From Anthoceros angustus (taxonomy: Eukaryota; Plantae; Anthocerotophyta), in contig VJWM01000361.1 in assembly GCA_010909165.1 (NCBI GenBank), positions 1-39,585 of the forward strand: a stretch of 39,585 nucleotides of DNA, given 5' to 3'. The translations under genes were made by a program, and so were the position numbers. The notes under the pieces are model-generated. The model was not told the origin of the DNA, searched no databases, and saw nothing but the letters and a program-made list of their open reading frames with translations. Positions 11,203 to 22,982 of the stretch are shown one piece after another (the first letter of the stretch is position 1; every line of letters begins with the position of its first letter).

Positions 11203-12018
11203 TGTGACCAGCGGGCGCGCCGCAATCCGTGTCGTTGTAGTAAGAGTCCGTTCCCGAGAGAATGAAAGCTCCGTTTGCGGCGTTTAGATCCTCACTTTGC
11301 GTCCGCTCAACTTTAACAGCAAATGCGTTTGCGTCTAACTACTCATAACGTTTCAGCAGGCCGGTGGCCAAGCGTTTAAGGACCCGTTTGCGTCGTATCG
11401 TTTCCGCCCGTCACTCACCCCTTTAGTCCGTTCCTCTCATCACTCTCACTCGCTCATCAACCTTGGAAAGAGCATGAGTAGCTACGATCCGGACCTCCTC
11501 GTTGCTCAAGGCCTCTCGGCTCTGCCGCCCTCCGGAGTTCCTCCGGCTCACGCGTTCGGTCGCTCGGCCGGGCGGCTGGCGAACACGGGTCCCGATCGCT
11601 CTTCACACACACCACCACGTTAGGGTCCGTCACGGGACCTTGATCGATCTCTTGGGCGTCGTGCACCTTTCGATGACTCGGGACTCACGTTAGCAGAAGA
11701 CACACAAGGCGCAGCGCAGCATCAACACCAAGAGAGATGATTTATTCGGCTCGGCCCTCTTATACTCGCCCAAGTCGGCGTCTTTATTACACCCTATTAC
11801 GGTGGTGGCCAGCTCGATGCATGTCGCCTACCATCCTATTCCTCCCTCCTATCTCCTTCGTCGGTGGGCACAGGAAGGTCCACAGGTTCCGCCTCGGGAT
11901 TGGTGGTCCAATCTCCCGTCGGATTGCGGGCGCACCCAATCGGATGATCGCGGGACCCCTTCCTCTTCCGGAATCACAGTTGGGCTACCGTGGTGCGGCG
12001 GCCGCCCGTTACCCTAAC
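11203..12018 (-). repeat. Putative 3' LTR of gypsy A (inner boundary uncertain, ~11978-12018)
   Basis: Host ORF is cut abruptly at TGTGACC (11203). On the minus strand TATAAG (11759-11764) is followed by AATAAA (11741-11746). There is no second LTR in the window to confirm it. Confidence 0.45.
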
Positions 12019-12447
12019 GTCTCGTCCCCAGCCCCGGTGGGTCCCCTCCGTAGGGGCCATGTATGCTCCCCGGCGTAAGTCGGAGGGACTCCTCCTTCTG
12101 AGTGGACCTCGGGGTCGGTCTCGAGTCGAACGGAGTGCCTTATTCCACAGTCGTCTGCTGGGTCCGGTCTCATCTCAGGGTTCGGACCTCGGGGTCGAAC
12201 TTGTCCGGTCCCCAAGCTCCGGACCCCTTATCTGAGACCTCTTCTGGGTCCTCATCCCTTCCAAACCCTTGTCTTGGGTGGGTTGGCTCCTCCTTCCACC
12301 CCTTGGGGCCGCCTCTATCTTCCGGCGGGTTGCGGTGGACTTACCACGAGATTCGTTGTATTGGCGCGTCCCCTCCTCCGAGGCTCTTCTCCCCTACCGT
12401 CGTCTCCAAGCAGGGGCCACTAGGGTCCCGTCTTGTCCCCATGCCCT

Positions 12448-14878
12448 TCATCCCTTGAGCCTTGGGGTCCGTCCATGTGTGTGGCGGGGCTTCAATGCCT
12501 TAAGGAGCTCGGCGTGGTAGTAGGCAAAATCCGAGTCAATTCTTTGGATTGCCTCTTCCACATGTGCCGGGCACCGATACTCCTTCGCCATTGGTGCTCG
12601 GGAGGCGTCTTTGTCGGCTTCTTGGACCATCCCCCTCCGTTCGTTATGGGGGCGGGCGAATCTCGTGAGGCCACAAGGGTCGGTCACCTCCTGCAACCCG
12701 CATTGCTCCGCTGCTCCAGCTCCGTCGTTTCGCTCCTGCCGACTTACGCCATGGCGCTCCCTTCCGCCTTCCTTAAGCGGACCAGCGGCTTCTTTTACCG
12801 TCCGGTGCTCTCGCTCCCGTTTATTACGGCGTTAGCTCGCCATCTCCCTCTCCGGTGGGCAACTCTGCCCGGTGCGCCAGTCCTTCTCCATTTCGGACGT
12901 CACTGCTCCTGTTCCATCGCCGCCTCCTCTCCTTAGCAGGAGCCGCTCTATTTCTCGTTCGTGATCCGAGATCACGCCTGCGATACCATTCCTCTCAATG
13001 GTAACTTGGGCTGCGGCTCGAGTCTCTTGCGGTCTTCCATCTCCTGCGCTCCACCTCACTGGAGGCAGGAGATCCTCCATCTCCTTGCGCGGCTTCCTTC
13101 TCCTCGGCATGGGCGGCCCGCTCCTCGCCGCCTCCTGCTCCTTCTTGAGTTAGCCGCGGCTATCCACCGTCTCCCTCCACCGGTTCGATCACGCCGATAG
13201 TGATCGCGGTCGGTCTTAGCGGCTTCCGCCTCCTCGCCGCCTTCACAGGCCGCCCACTTGGCTGGTCGGTAGGGCCGCCTCCGCGGTCCACGAGCCTTCT
13301 CCCGCCCGGGCCTCCTCGCCTCTGCTGCGCTACCCTCTCCGCTGCGGTCTTGACCCGTGCTTGGGCCTCATGCACTGCCCGGTGCTCACCGGTGAAGGAA
13401 TTTAGTCGTCTGTCGAATGGACGAGACTTCCCTCGGCCTCCGTTTCCCTTCTTGATGCGGCCGAGGCTTACGCCTTCCTCCTCCCTCTGGGCCGCCTCCA
13501 GCTGCTCTGGAGGAGCACCATCGCCTCTGGTGGCTTCTACTTCACAGGTCTTCTCGGCTGTCCCGAGACCCCAAAGCATACCGTCCATGGCGGTAGCAGG
13601 ACCCGCCGTGTCTCTTCCACGGCCGGTGAGACCCCAAAAGTCCGTAGTGGAGGCGGGCATCTCACGGTCCGCCAGGACCTCCATACCGCGATCGGAGTAA
13701 GTCGGGGGTTCTCGGACCTAATCGGGCCCCTTAGGTCACGATTGCGTCGGAGCTTCACCCTCCTTGGCCCTCTTGGCAATTCCTTATTTGCCCTCTTCGT
13801 CACAGGGCTCGGAGGGTGAGGGGTCGGGCCCTTGCCTCTCCCGGTCGGCAGGGCGCTCAGTGGGGTTCTGCGGTGACCTGCTCCTTGGGCGTCCCTTTAC
13901 GCTCTTCTTCGCCTCTTGACCTCTTGCCACTCGTGGCGGGGAAACCTGAGCACCGCTGAGTCTTGCGTTAGCGGATGGCACCGTCTTCCGCCTCTTGATT
14001 GCCAGGTTCGTCGGGGCTCCTCTGCCGTTGTGGTGGTGTGTGGCGTCGGGCCGTCTCTGCTGCTTTGGTTGCTCGGCGGAGGCACCAAGAGGAGGAGGCG
14101 GGGATATCTTCCCACACTTCCACAGGTGGTGAGGGGTCCGCTCAGCGTATGGAGTCAGTATCCCTTCGATCGTCCTCCTCCGGACCCGTTTGGCCCTAGG
14201 GGTCGGGCCTCTCCTCAGGCGCCCTTGCCCTCTTACAGTAGGGCCGCCAACCCTTTCCGGGCGCCTCGCTCTCCCCATCCTTGAGCTCGTGTGTCCCCAT
14301 ACATGGATCGGTATGGGGATAGTCCAGCGGCTTCTCGCTCCTCGGCTTGTCCTGGTGAACCAGGCGAAGATGATCCTTCCCAGTCCGCCTCTTGCCCAGC
14401 GCATGCGGGAACACCGCAAATTATCACCAAGGTGATCCACCTTGGTGAGCAAGTTCGATGGACAATGATCAGGGCTCTGACCCTCTCTGCATCCGGTGGT
14501 CGATATCAACCGGCCGTTGGTTGTCGCTGCGTTCGACCTGACGCCGCCGCCCTTGTGGCCTCTATCTTTCCCTCGCCTTGAGGGGCTGGGACTCGCCCCA
14601 TCCTCCTCCTTGGGCGGTTGTAGGCCCTCGGGACCTCAAGGTCCATCTCGCAGGATCCTCCGGAGGTTCTTGGACCGAACCTCCTTGTTGGCCGCCAACA
14701 TCTTAGCGAACTCCGGACGGTGACCTTGTCAAGCGTCGAGACACTGGAACACGTCTAAGTGCCACTCTCGACTAATCCTCCCTTCCTCGGCCATGGCCCA
14801 AAGTCCGGATAGCGCGGGTCACAATGTTGCGCTCTACCGGGTTCCATGGCTCCCGGACCTCAGCCTTTTGGGTGCCAT
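12448..14878 (-). pseudogene. Accessory 3' ORF of gypsy A (~800 codons, frameshifted)
   Basis: Starts MAPK(K)AEVREPWNPVERNIVTRAIRTLG, continues KMLAANKEVRSKNL and a Glu/Arg-rich middle, ends MVQEADKDASRAPMAKEYRCPAHVEEAIQRIDSDFAYYHAELLKALKP. The same peptide blocks recur in copy B. Confidence 0.6.
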
Positions 14879-15528
14879 CGCCTTCTTCTCCCTTTGTTGT
14901 GGGCCCGGGGCAGCGATCGCCCTCTTGCGCGTTGCTCCAACCCAGCGGTGAGCGAAGATGCTGGCGTTCAAGAGATAGCGCGAGGCCGGGTTGCGGGCGC
15001 AAAGGCTGAGGTGTCTCGAGGTGAAATGACCCTCCTCGTCGGCCGCGCCGTTGGAAATGGGCGGGAGGTGCCTCTTCCACATCCCGCGCAGTCGCATGGC
15101 TTACTCGACCTTCGCGCGCTCTCAGCCTTACTGCGGCGTACTCGCGCTGCCGCGCCTCGGCCGGGCGTGAATACTGCCTCGCGGCCCACAGCGGTCTGCT
15201 GCTGCATGCCGACCTCCACTCGGGGCCGTCCACGTGGCGCGTGTCATCCTCACGACTCAACTTCCAAATTACTTTCACTGGCGTACTTATCTGTTTTGAC
15301 CGGGTGGGGTCCGGACTTATCCGTTACCGGTGCGTAGTCGGAGCTCGTCGGTAATGCGGGTCCTTACCACTCCGGTCGGAGTATACTCGGGGCCGGTCCG
15401 GAGCACCATCCGTGCTTATTCCTCCCTTTCCGCCTTATTTTACTATTCGAACCTACGAAAAAAACAAAACCCCACTTATTTCCTAACCCCCAAGGGAAGT
15501 CCATAGCCCACATACTCCCCTTCTCATC

Positions 15529-15548
15529 TGTTGGCGTCTCCGCCAACA
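15529..15548 (-). other. 8-bp stem / GAGA tetraloop hairpin immediately after the pol stop codon (copy A)
   Basis: Minus strand reads TAG-TGTTGGCG-GAGA-CGCCAACA, identical in copy B. Confidence 0.6.
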
Positions 15549-16560
15549 CTAGGCATGATACTTTTTCACCCGCCACCCGTTCACACGAGTGGGCAACAGT
15601 TCACCATCCAAGCGCGGTTGAGCGGACCCATTGGATACCACCACCAGTAAGGTCCATCCATCGCAAGTGGAGTTTACAGGAAGTGCATATGGCGGCATCA
15701 TAAGAAGGGCCAAATCTCCTTCCTTCACATACTCTTGAGTCGGGCCTTACGGCGTTGCCATGATTACATGCGATTGCATTCTGCTGCGCCTCTTCGACCC
15801 TCCGTATCTTTGAACAAACCCTAGCAAGCGCTCGTTGGCTTTCCTCATCCGTTAAGCGCTCTCCATCATGACGGAGTGTTGGCACCTCAAACTCTACGGC
15901 ATAACGGGTGAGTGCCCATAGGCTGTCTGAGTTCTGCGTGTAGTTACCTTCTCTGCCGTCACGAAGGCCCATATGGCGTAGCTTTGTATCGATCGTGCGC
16001 ATAGTTAACCGTAAGCTTATTCAGGATGCGGCAGATAAGTCCGTTGGTCTTCTCCGTCAATCCGTTGGCCTTCGGGTTGTAGGGGGCCGTTTTGCGATGT
16101 GTGATGCCAAAATAGTCCGTCATTGCAGTTATCACATCATTGAGGAAATGAGTTCCCCTATCGCTTACCAGCTGCAACGGACACCCGTACCTTGTGATGA
16201 TGTTTTCGTAGAGGAATTTGGCCACCGTGCTTGCAGAGTCCGTTCTAGTTGCGACCGCTTCCACCCACCTGGTGCAGTAGTCCGTTGCCACCAAGATGTA
16301 CCGCTTTTGTGTGTGCCTTGTGGGTAGTATAGGTCAGCGAAGTCGATGCCCCTTCTCAAAAGGCGCTAGTGCGGTATGGGCACCAGCGGCCATTGTGTTG
16401 TGGGGTCGGCTTCCGATCCGACAAGCATCACATCTCTTCACAAATTGGTGTGTTTCCCCATACATGGTGGGCCACGTACCCGACCTCAAGATTTTCTTGG
16501 TGGTGACTACTGCTGCATAATGTCCACCTAGTCCTTCGTGCATCCCTTTATTACCACCTC
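15549..16560 (-). pseudogene. pol: Gypsy A integrase
   Basis: GGHYAAVVTTKKILRSG-WPTMYGETHQFVKRCDAC (HHCC zinc finger); VATDYCTRWVEA; LVSDRGTHF; YNPKANGLTEKTNG; GPSYDA. Confidence 0.9.
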
Positions 16561-16822
16561 CGTCTCACTTTGTTGGAGGTACCTTCGTTCCACGTCGGCC
16601 CCATCTTAAAGATGCAGTTATACAACCTAAAAGGGGGGTAGTGCACAAAGGCACTTGGACCGGTTCAATCCGTTTGGTAGTTCCATTTCCCCATAGGTAC
16701 CGCTCCAATTCCCACATGGTGGGCCGCCCTCTGCGTCGCTCCCTTCTCCCTGCGTGGGTCGCCATTCCCAAGCTTAGGGTTTGTCGGTGCCTCCTCACTT
16801 CTTCCTCTATCGCCACCATTCC

Positions 16823-17430
16823 TCATCGGAAGGCGTCCTCCGATCTTGCGGGGCGGGCTCGTCTTTCGGACAAGAAGTCAGCGTTTTGGTGTTGCCGCCC
16901 TTGCCTGGTCTCTACCTCAAAGGTGAACTCCTGTAGCAACAGAATCCACCTTGCAATTCGCCTGGACAGATCTGCCTTGTTCACCAAATGCTTGAGCGCG
17001 AAGTGATCGACATAAAACACAAACTCATTGGGCAGAAGGTAATGCCTGAATTTCTTAACTGCGTATACCATCCCCAACGCCTCGCGCTCCGTAGTAGTGT
17101 ACCTCGTTCTGCATGCGTGAGCTGTCTTCCGGCGTAGTAGATTGGATGGTCCCTCCGCTTATCGTCCTTTTGGCTGAGCACCACTCCAATGGCAAAGGCC
17201 GACACATCCACATACACATGGAATCGCTTTCCCCAATCCGGACCTTTCAATACTGGGGCACTGATCAGGGTGGTTTGTAGGTCTCTGAATGCCGCCTCCC
17301 TTTCGGATGTCCAGGACCACTTCTCCTCCTTCCTGAGTAACTCCGTTAGCTTGGCGGCGCGCTTTGTGAAATCCTGGATGAAGCGCCTGTAGTAACCCAC
17401 CATGCCCAGGAATCCCCGTAACTCCTTCAA
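16823..17430 (-). pseudogene. pol: Gypsy A RT connection and RNase H
   Basis: KELRGFLGMVGYYRRFIQDF; HVYVDVSAFAIGVVLSQ; DHPIYYAGRQLT-AE; EREALGMVYAVKKFRHYL; VDHFALK; NADFLS. Confidence 0.9.
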
Positions 17431-17483
17431 GTTCGTAGGTGGCTACAGGGACTGGATGACCTTCACCTTGTCTTGATCCACCT

Positions 17484-18190
17484 CTATCCCTCTTGACCGT
17501 GTCCCAACAAGATCCCCTCTGTCATACCGAAGTAGCATTTCTCCGGATGTAGGCACAGCTGAGTTTCTTTACAGCGCTCCAAGCACTTCCGCAGATGTCC
17601 AGCGTGCTTGTCCTCCTCCCCGTGCACGCAAAAGTCGTCCAAGAACACCTCCATAAAGTCCCTCAGAAAATCCCGGAAGACGTTGGTCACCATCCGCATA
17701 AATGATCCGGGTGCTCCTGTCATCCCGAAGGCGCTTCGTTTGTAGGCGAACGTCCCCCACTCCGTGGTGAACGTCGTCTTGTCCCAGTCCGACTCCCTTA
17801 GGTGCAGTTGGTTGTAACCGGAGTAGCCATCCAAGAAGGAGTAGGTACTCGTCACGCCACCTTGTCGATATGCGTCTCTGAAGGGCATGGGAAAATGGTC
17901 CTTCTCAGTGGCGGCGTTGAGCTTCTCCGATCTGACAGAGACACGGATACATCCTTCTTTGTTTCTTGGCACAACAATGGTGCTACCCATTATTTGTTCA
18001 CGATTGGGAAGATGATGTCGCCTCCGGATATTTATCCGGGACCTCCTTGACCTTGGCGAGTGCTTGGGATTGATTTATCTTGCCGAATCGAGCAGGCACC
18101 TCCGAATCTATCCGGTGTTCGCCTTTGTTTGAATGCCCTTCATGTCCGTGACCTTGAAAGCAAACACCTCACTAAATTCCCCTAACAGCT
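17484..18190 (-). pseudogene. pol: Gypsy A reverse transcriptase
   Basis: KLNAATEKDHFPMPF; FLDGYSGYNQ; KTTFTTEWGTFAY..FGMTGAPGSF; FMEVFLDDF (FLDD at 17634-17645). Confidence 0.92.
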
Positions 18191-20215
18191 GAGTGAGGCC
18201 GTGCTTCAACTCCTGGCATGCCCTTGCGGAACTTCAGGAATTTGCCCGGGCGGACCTCCACGTCTTCCACATCGGGATTGACCGTTTCTCTTTCCCTCGC
18301 TTCGCTACGCCCAAAGCCATCGTCCTCCATCCGGGGTTCATCCTCACGCATTCCCCATTCCCGGAAGAGCTCGTTTGGTGAAGGATTACTTCTTGAGGTC
18401 CTCCTCGTCCGGTGGTTCCTTGTTTTCCCTCCTCCTCAGAGTCTTCCACATCGTCGGGATTGGCCGTTTCTCCCCCTTCGCTCGCCCAAAGCCATCATCC
18501 TCCATCGGGTTCATCTTCACGCATTCCCCATTCCGGAAGAGCTCGTGAGGTGAACGGATTACTTCAGGTCCTCCTCGTCCGGTGGTTCCTTGTTTTCCCT
18601 CCTCCTCCAGTCTTCTCACTGGAAACAAGCGATGACCTCTCGCTCCAAAGTGTCCCTCAGTCCATCTCTTCTTGGACCACGAGATTTTTGGAAAGGGTAG
18701 TCCTCATTCGTATCTTCGCGCTCATCGTCCCCACTATCTTGAGGTGTACCCTCTGTGGTGCTTACGGTTTCACCACGGTGTGTCCTTACTCAGTGTCGCT
18801 ACCGTCCTTCCCTCACCTTGGATCCCAGTCTCGGCAAGTGTATCTCCTTCCTTAGAAGTGTAGTTTTGTCAGCGAGTCGGCCGAGTCCCCCAGGTACTCG
18901 TGAGGTCAGCGGGCATGACCACAGTCAATGTATAGGGTGCTCCGCTATGGTGGCTTGGACTCGGGACAACTCCCGGCGCCGTGACATGTCGCCATCACGA
19001 GGGTTTTGGTGGATGGCTCAAAGGCGGTGAACTAACCGTCTTGCGGTGGCCTCGTGATGAGGTTCACTCGACCCGTGTCGAGGCGTTCTTAATCACGCAC
19101 CCAGCAATTTCTACGAACCACTGGCGCCCGAGTCCGTATGAGATACTACTCTTACCTCCACGTTCTTGACCTTCGCCAAGGGTTTCGTGGTTGTGTCTCA
19201 CGATGGCCCTCCGGACTTCCTTGACCTTGGCGAGTGCTTGGGATTGATTTATCTTGCCGAATCGAGCGAGCACTCGGCTTCGAATCTATCCGGTGTTAGC
19301 CTTTGTTTGAATGCCCTTCATGTCGTGACCTTGAAAGCAAACACCTCACTAAATTCCCCTAACGGTGAGTGAGGCCTTGTTTCAACTCCTGGCATGCCCT
19401 TGCGGAATTTAGGAATTTCCGGGCGGACCTCCACGTCTTCCACATCGGGATTGGCCGTTTCTCTTTCCCTTTGCTTCTCAAGCCATCATCCTCCATCGGG
19501 TTCATCTTCACGCATTCCCCATTCCGGAAGAGCTCGTGAGGTGAACGGATTACTTCTTGAGGTCCTCCTCGTCCGGTGGTTCCTTGTTTTCCCTCCTCCT
19601 CTCGGTTCCTCACTAAAACAATCGATACCTCACTCCAAAGTGTCCCTCCGGTAGTCCATCTCTTCTTGGACCACGAGATTTTTGGAAAGGGTAGTCCTCA
19701 TTCGTATCCTTCTCATCGTCCCCACTATCTTGGTGAGGTGTACCCCTACGTGGTGCTTGGTTTCACCACAGTTGTCCTTACTCCAGTGTCGCTACCGTCC
19801 TTCCCTCACCTTGGATCCCAGTCCGGCTTGAAGTGTATCTCCTTCCTTAGAAGTGTAGTTTTTATGCAGCGAGTCGGCCAGTCCAGCACCTCTCGTGAGG
19901 TCCGTGGCTGACCAAGTCAATGTATAGGGTGCTCCGCTATGGTGGCTTGGACTCGGACAACTCCTGGCGCGCCGTGACATGTCGCCATCACGAGGGTTTT
20001 GGTGGATGGCTCAAAGGCGGTGAACCCCAGCGTCTTGCGGTGGCCTCGTGATGAGGTTCACTCGACCCGTGTCGAGTGCGTTCTTAATCACACCCGCAAT
20101 TTCTACACGAACCACTGGCGCCCGGTCGTATGAGATACTACTCTTACCTCCACGTTCTTGCCCTTTGCCAAGGGGTTTCGGCGTGGTTGTGTCTCACGAT
20201 GGCCCTCGGACTTCA
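18040..20215 (-). repeat. Tandem duplication of the gag-end/protease/RT-N-terminus segment in A (units ~18040-19212 and 19213-20215), with a nested ~180 bp duplication (18262-18440 / 18441-18615)
   Basis: Protease DNA (STKTLxMADMSRR) occurs twice (~18970 and ~19975). Junctions fall at the microhomologies GGACTTCCT and GTCTTC. Confidence 0.8.
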
Positions 20216-21633
20216 CGCCGATACGGGTTGTCTTTTAACAAGCGCCTAAGGGACACCAAGTGTTGTTGATCCATCATCAAGTCGGCCACCTTGAAAGGCG
20301 TGGGTGGCTCCTTGTTGCATCGCGTGTCGCCTTGACTCTTCGGCGATCGCCCGTGGTGGTCGGACCACCTCCGGGTCCTGTCGGATCTCTTCAACATCTC
20401 GCCACTTGACCACATCCGGTGGAGCGGGGTGTTGCCTTGGGTGAGTCCGTTTCTCCTAACGTTTAGGGCTTGGTTGGCCTTCCTCCAGCTGATTAACTTC
20501 GCCTTCCTTTTGTGCCTCCTTGCGGTGTCCGTCCTCCGTGTCCGTTGGACTATCCCCATTTTCTTCCTCTTCAATTGTCTCCTCTCCTTTCGCTCCTTTG
20601 GTGACGGGTTGACACTTCGGTACCTCAGTCGCCTTCTCCTCCTTAGCGAACTTCGCCCGTACCACTCCGTTCCAGTTCCTTGGCCTCTTCCCCTCCGCCC
20701 GGTGTCGTCTTCAATCTTGGCGCGGCCTTAGGGAGGGCGTGGGTGGTCGCGGCTCCCGGGGTGGCATAGCGCACCTCGAGCGAGGATTCGGACAGTCTTG
20801 CCATGTGCCACACCTAATCTCCACAGGCTCAAAGTCCCGTTGCCTTGCAGTGGGGTATGGGCAGCGTTGGAGTAGTGCCGGGGTTCCCACAGTTCAGGAC
20901 CACGCCGTCACGAGAATTCTGGAGGGGCTCCCATGCGATCGCCAGTCGATGCGGATGGACCAGTGCCGTTGGGTACATCGTCTTGGGATCTGCGGCCCGG
21001 TGGTGCTTCTTGCACTTGGTATCGTCCTCACTTTGCTCCTCGGACTCTTCCCGTAGTCGTACTCCACAGTTCACGGGCGGAGGCGATTAGCCTTGAATGC
21101 CCATGTTGGTGACACACACCACAGATGGGTCCGGACCGTGGTGGCCGCCTTCCGCGTTCTTTATCCTTCACTTGGTTGATCGTCAACTCCTCCACCCTCT
21201 TCATTACCCGTTCGGATCTTCCCTCAACCCGCTACTTCTTTCAAAGGCGGGTCGGTGGAACCTCTCGGATGCGGGCCATAACCTCCTTCTTCTCCACCCT
21301 CCGCTTGACTACGGGCTTTTCTTCTTATTTCTTGGCGAGGTTCTTCTTCCTCATCCTCGGATTCTTCTTGAGTCCTCTTCCTCTTCCTCCGATGCTACCT
21401 CGGTCTCATCATCCTCCTCTTGAGAGTTCTTCATCTTGGTCAGACCCCGTTCTTCTTTTCTTCTTCCTCCGGGCGTCCTCGATCGTCGTTGGTGCATCGA
21501 TTCTTCGTAGTTCTCCGCCGCTCGGACCGCCTTGCTCACATCCTTCTCTGCCAACAGCAGCACGTGCTTAGCCATTGGCTTAGGTAAGCCAGCTGCGAAC
21601 CAACGTACCGCCTGCATGGTGGTGTGGGTGGGG
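20200..21633 (-). pseudogene. gag: Gypsy A gag (3' part)
   Basis: AVRWFAAGLPKPMAKHVLLLAEKDVSKAVRAAENYEESMHQR, acidic E/D tract, CGNPGHYSN knuckle; colinear with B gag. Confidence 0.82.
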
Positions 21634-22404
21634 TGTTGTCGCACGAGGTAAGCACTTGAATTCATATAAGCACTTCCTCGATCAACAACCAAGCAAACAA
21701 ATCTAATACGCATCTAGATATAGGTGCAACCAATCAACAACGGAGGGAGTAGCTCGCGTCGTGGCACAAACACACTCTCCCACGAGAACAACACGCAAAT
21801 TCCTCACACATCGCTCTCGGGTCATAGCTTTGGCCTCCTCACAACACCTTGCATTGCATATCTAGAGGACAAGCTATGATCGAGCTTGTCCTCAATGGAA
21901 GGGTCTATATACTAGACCACAGCAGCATATTCCTAAGATATCCTATTGGCATCGATATGCGAAATATCCTAAGAATACACTATAATATGCAAGGAATATG
22001 CCAAAGCATATTACTTGAGCTTATCCACTTAGCTATTGTATCCTAAGAATACACTATAATATGCAAGGAATATGCCAAGCATATTACTTGAGCTTATCCA
22101 CTTATTGCTAACCATGTTTAATTAACACTAATCAATGCTTAATTAACATAAGCACATTAGATTAATTAACACTAATCAATGCTTAATTAACATAAGCACT
22201 TTAGATTAATTAACACTAATTACTTACTTAAAGATAAGTAATTAGATTAATTAATGCTAATCAAACACTAAACCCAAGTGCAGATTAGTATCACACGGCA
22301 TGACGGTGCCATGCGAGGTAAGCACTTGAATTCATATAAGCACTTCCCCGACCAACAACCAAGCAAACAAATCTAATAGGCATCTAGATATATAGGTGCA
22401 ACCA
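21634..22404 (-). repeat. 3' LTR of element D (~770 bp) with internal repeats
   Basis: Minus-strand ends TGGTTG...CAACA. ~92 bp direct repeat at 21644-21735 and 22314-22407; tandem duplications 21967-22031/22041-22104 and 22118-22156/22163-22200; 11-bp-stem hairpin 21865-21893. Confidence 0.7.
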
Positions 22405-22414
22405 ATCCCCCCCT
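22405..22414 (-). promoter_or_regulatory. Polypurine tract of element D
   Basis: Minus strand AGGGGGGGAT directly precedes the LTR TG. Confidence 0.7.
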
Positions 22415-22482
22415 GATAATGTGAGACTCTAAGTCAAAACATTATCATTAGTAGGACTACACACGTACGCACCTCATGTAGC

Positions 22483-22527
22483 GCATTGTGCACAAAACCA
22501 ATCTCCTTCGGGAATGTCGTCCAGAGG
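22483..22527 (-). pseudogene. C-terminal half of a PHD finger (element D)
   Basis: PLDDIPEGDWFCAQC matches the PHD tail consensus PPL..vP.G.W.C..C. The N-terminal Cys/His ligands are not found. Confidence 0.7.
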
Positions 22528-22630
22528 TTATGAACCTTGTCCATGAGTGGAGGCTTGTCTTCAGCATCCTCATGCGCCTGTCATGTGGACTACTCTCCCC
22601 CCCAGCCGGTTGCTCGTCATTTTCTTCTTG

Positions 22631-22790
22631 CCTTACTGAGCCTGTGCCTCCTGCGGAACACTTGTTCATCCTTGATTAGTTCTATGTGGAACTTCCCTTT
22701 GGTGTACTTCCCCATCTCCGCAAGCGTGAAAGCAAACACATGTCGCGATGCCTCCAACAACTCCTTTAGCCGTTGGTTGCTCTTCAACTC
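22631..22790 (-). pseudogene. pol: N-terminal entry of gypsy RT (element D); remainder of RT, RNase H and integrase absent
   Basis: LKELLEASRHVFAFTLAEMGKYTKGKFHIELIKDEQVFRRRHRLSK is a typical pre-RT segment (compare B: LLGEFSEVFAF...EHRIDLKP..PVRIRQYKL). Confidence 0.65.
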
Positions 22791-22982
22791 GGCCTGTTAA
22801 CCACTCATGTAGCGTGGCTCGGATGGCTTGCACGCTTCCTCTGGCCACTCTCCTTGCCTCCAAACTCGCCTTCTCTTGTTGAGATGCGAGTCTTTGGAAT
22901 GTCCTTCACCCCAAGACCCAGCTTCTTCAACCTCGCCTTCTTGGTTTCGAGTTGGTAAGCGACTCAGCAACAACGTCATCAT

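Larger units (their letters stand above)
11203..21633 (-). mobile_element. Gypsy copy A (non-chromoviral, Athila/Phygy/Selgy-like): partial gag, PR, RT, RH, IN, accessory ORF and putative 3' LTR
   Basis: Minus-strand domain order gag-PR-RT-RH-IN; RT FMEVFLDDF; no chromodomain seen after IN; long sense ORF after pol. The 5' part of gag is cut by element D at 21634. Confidence 0.88.

Noticed and set aside
11203-12400. GC-rich stretch as an rDNA or other structural RNA fragment
   Set aside because: No conserved rRNA or tRNA sequence was recognised. It is better explained as the LTR and 3' UTR of gypsy A.
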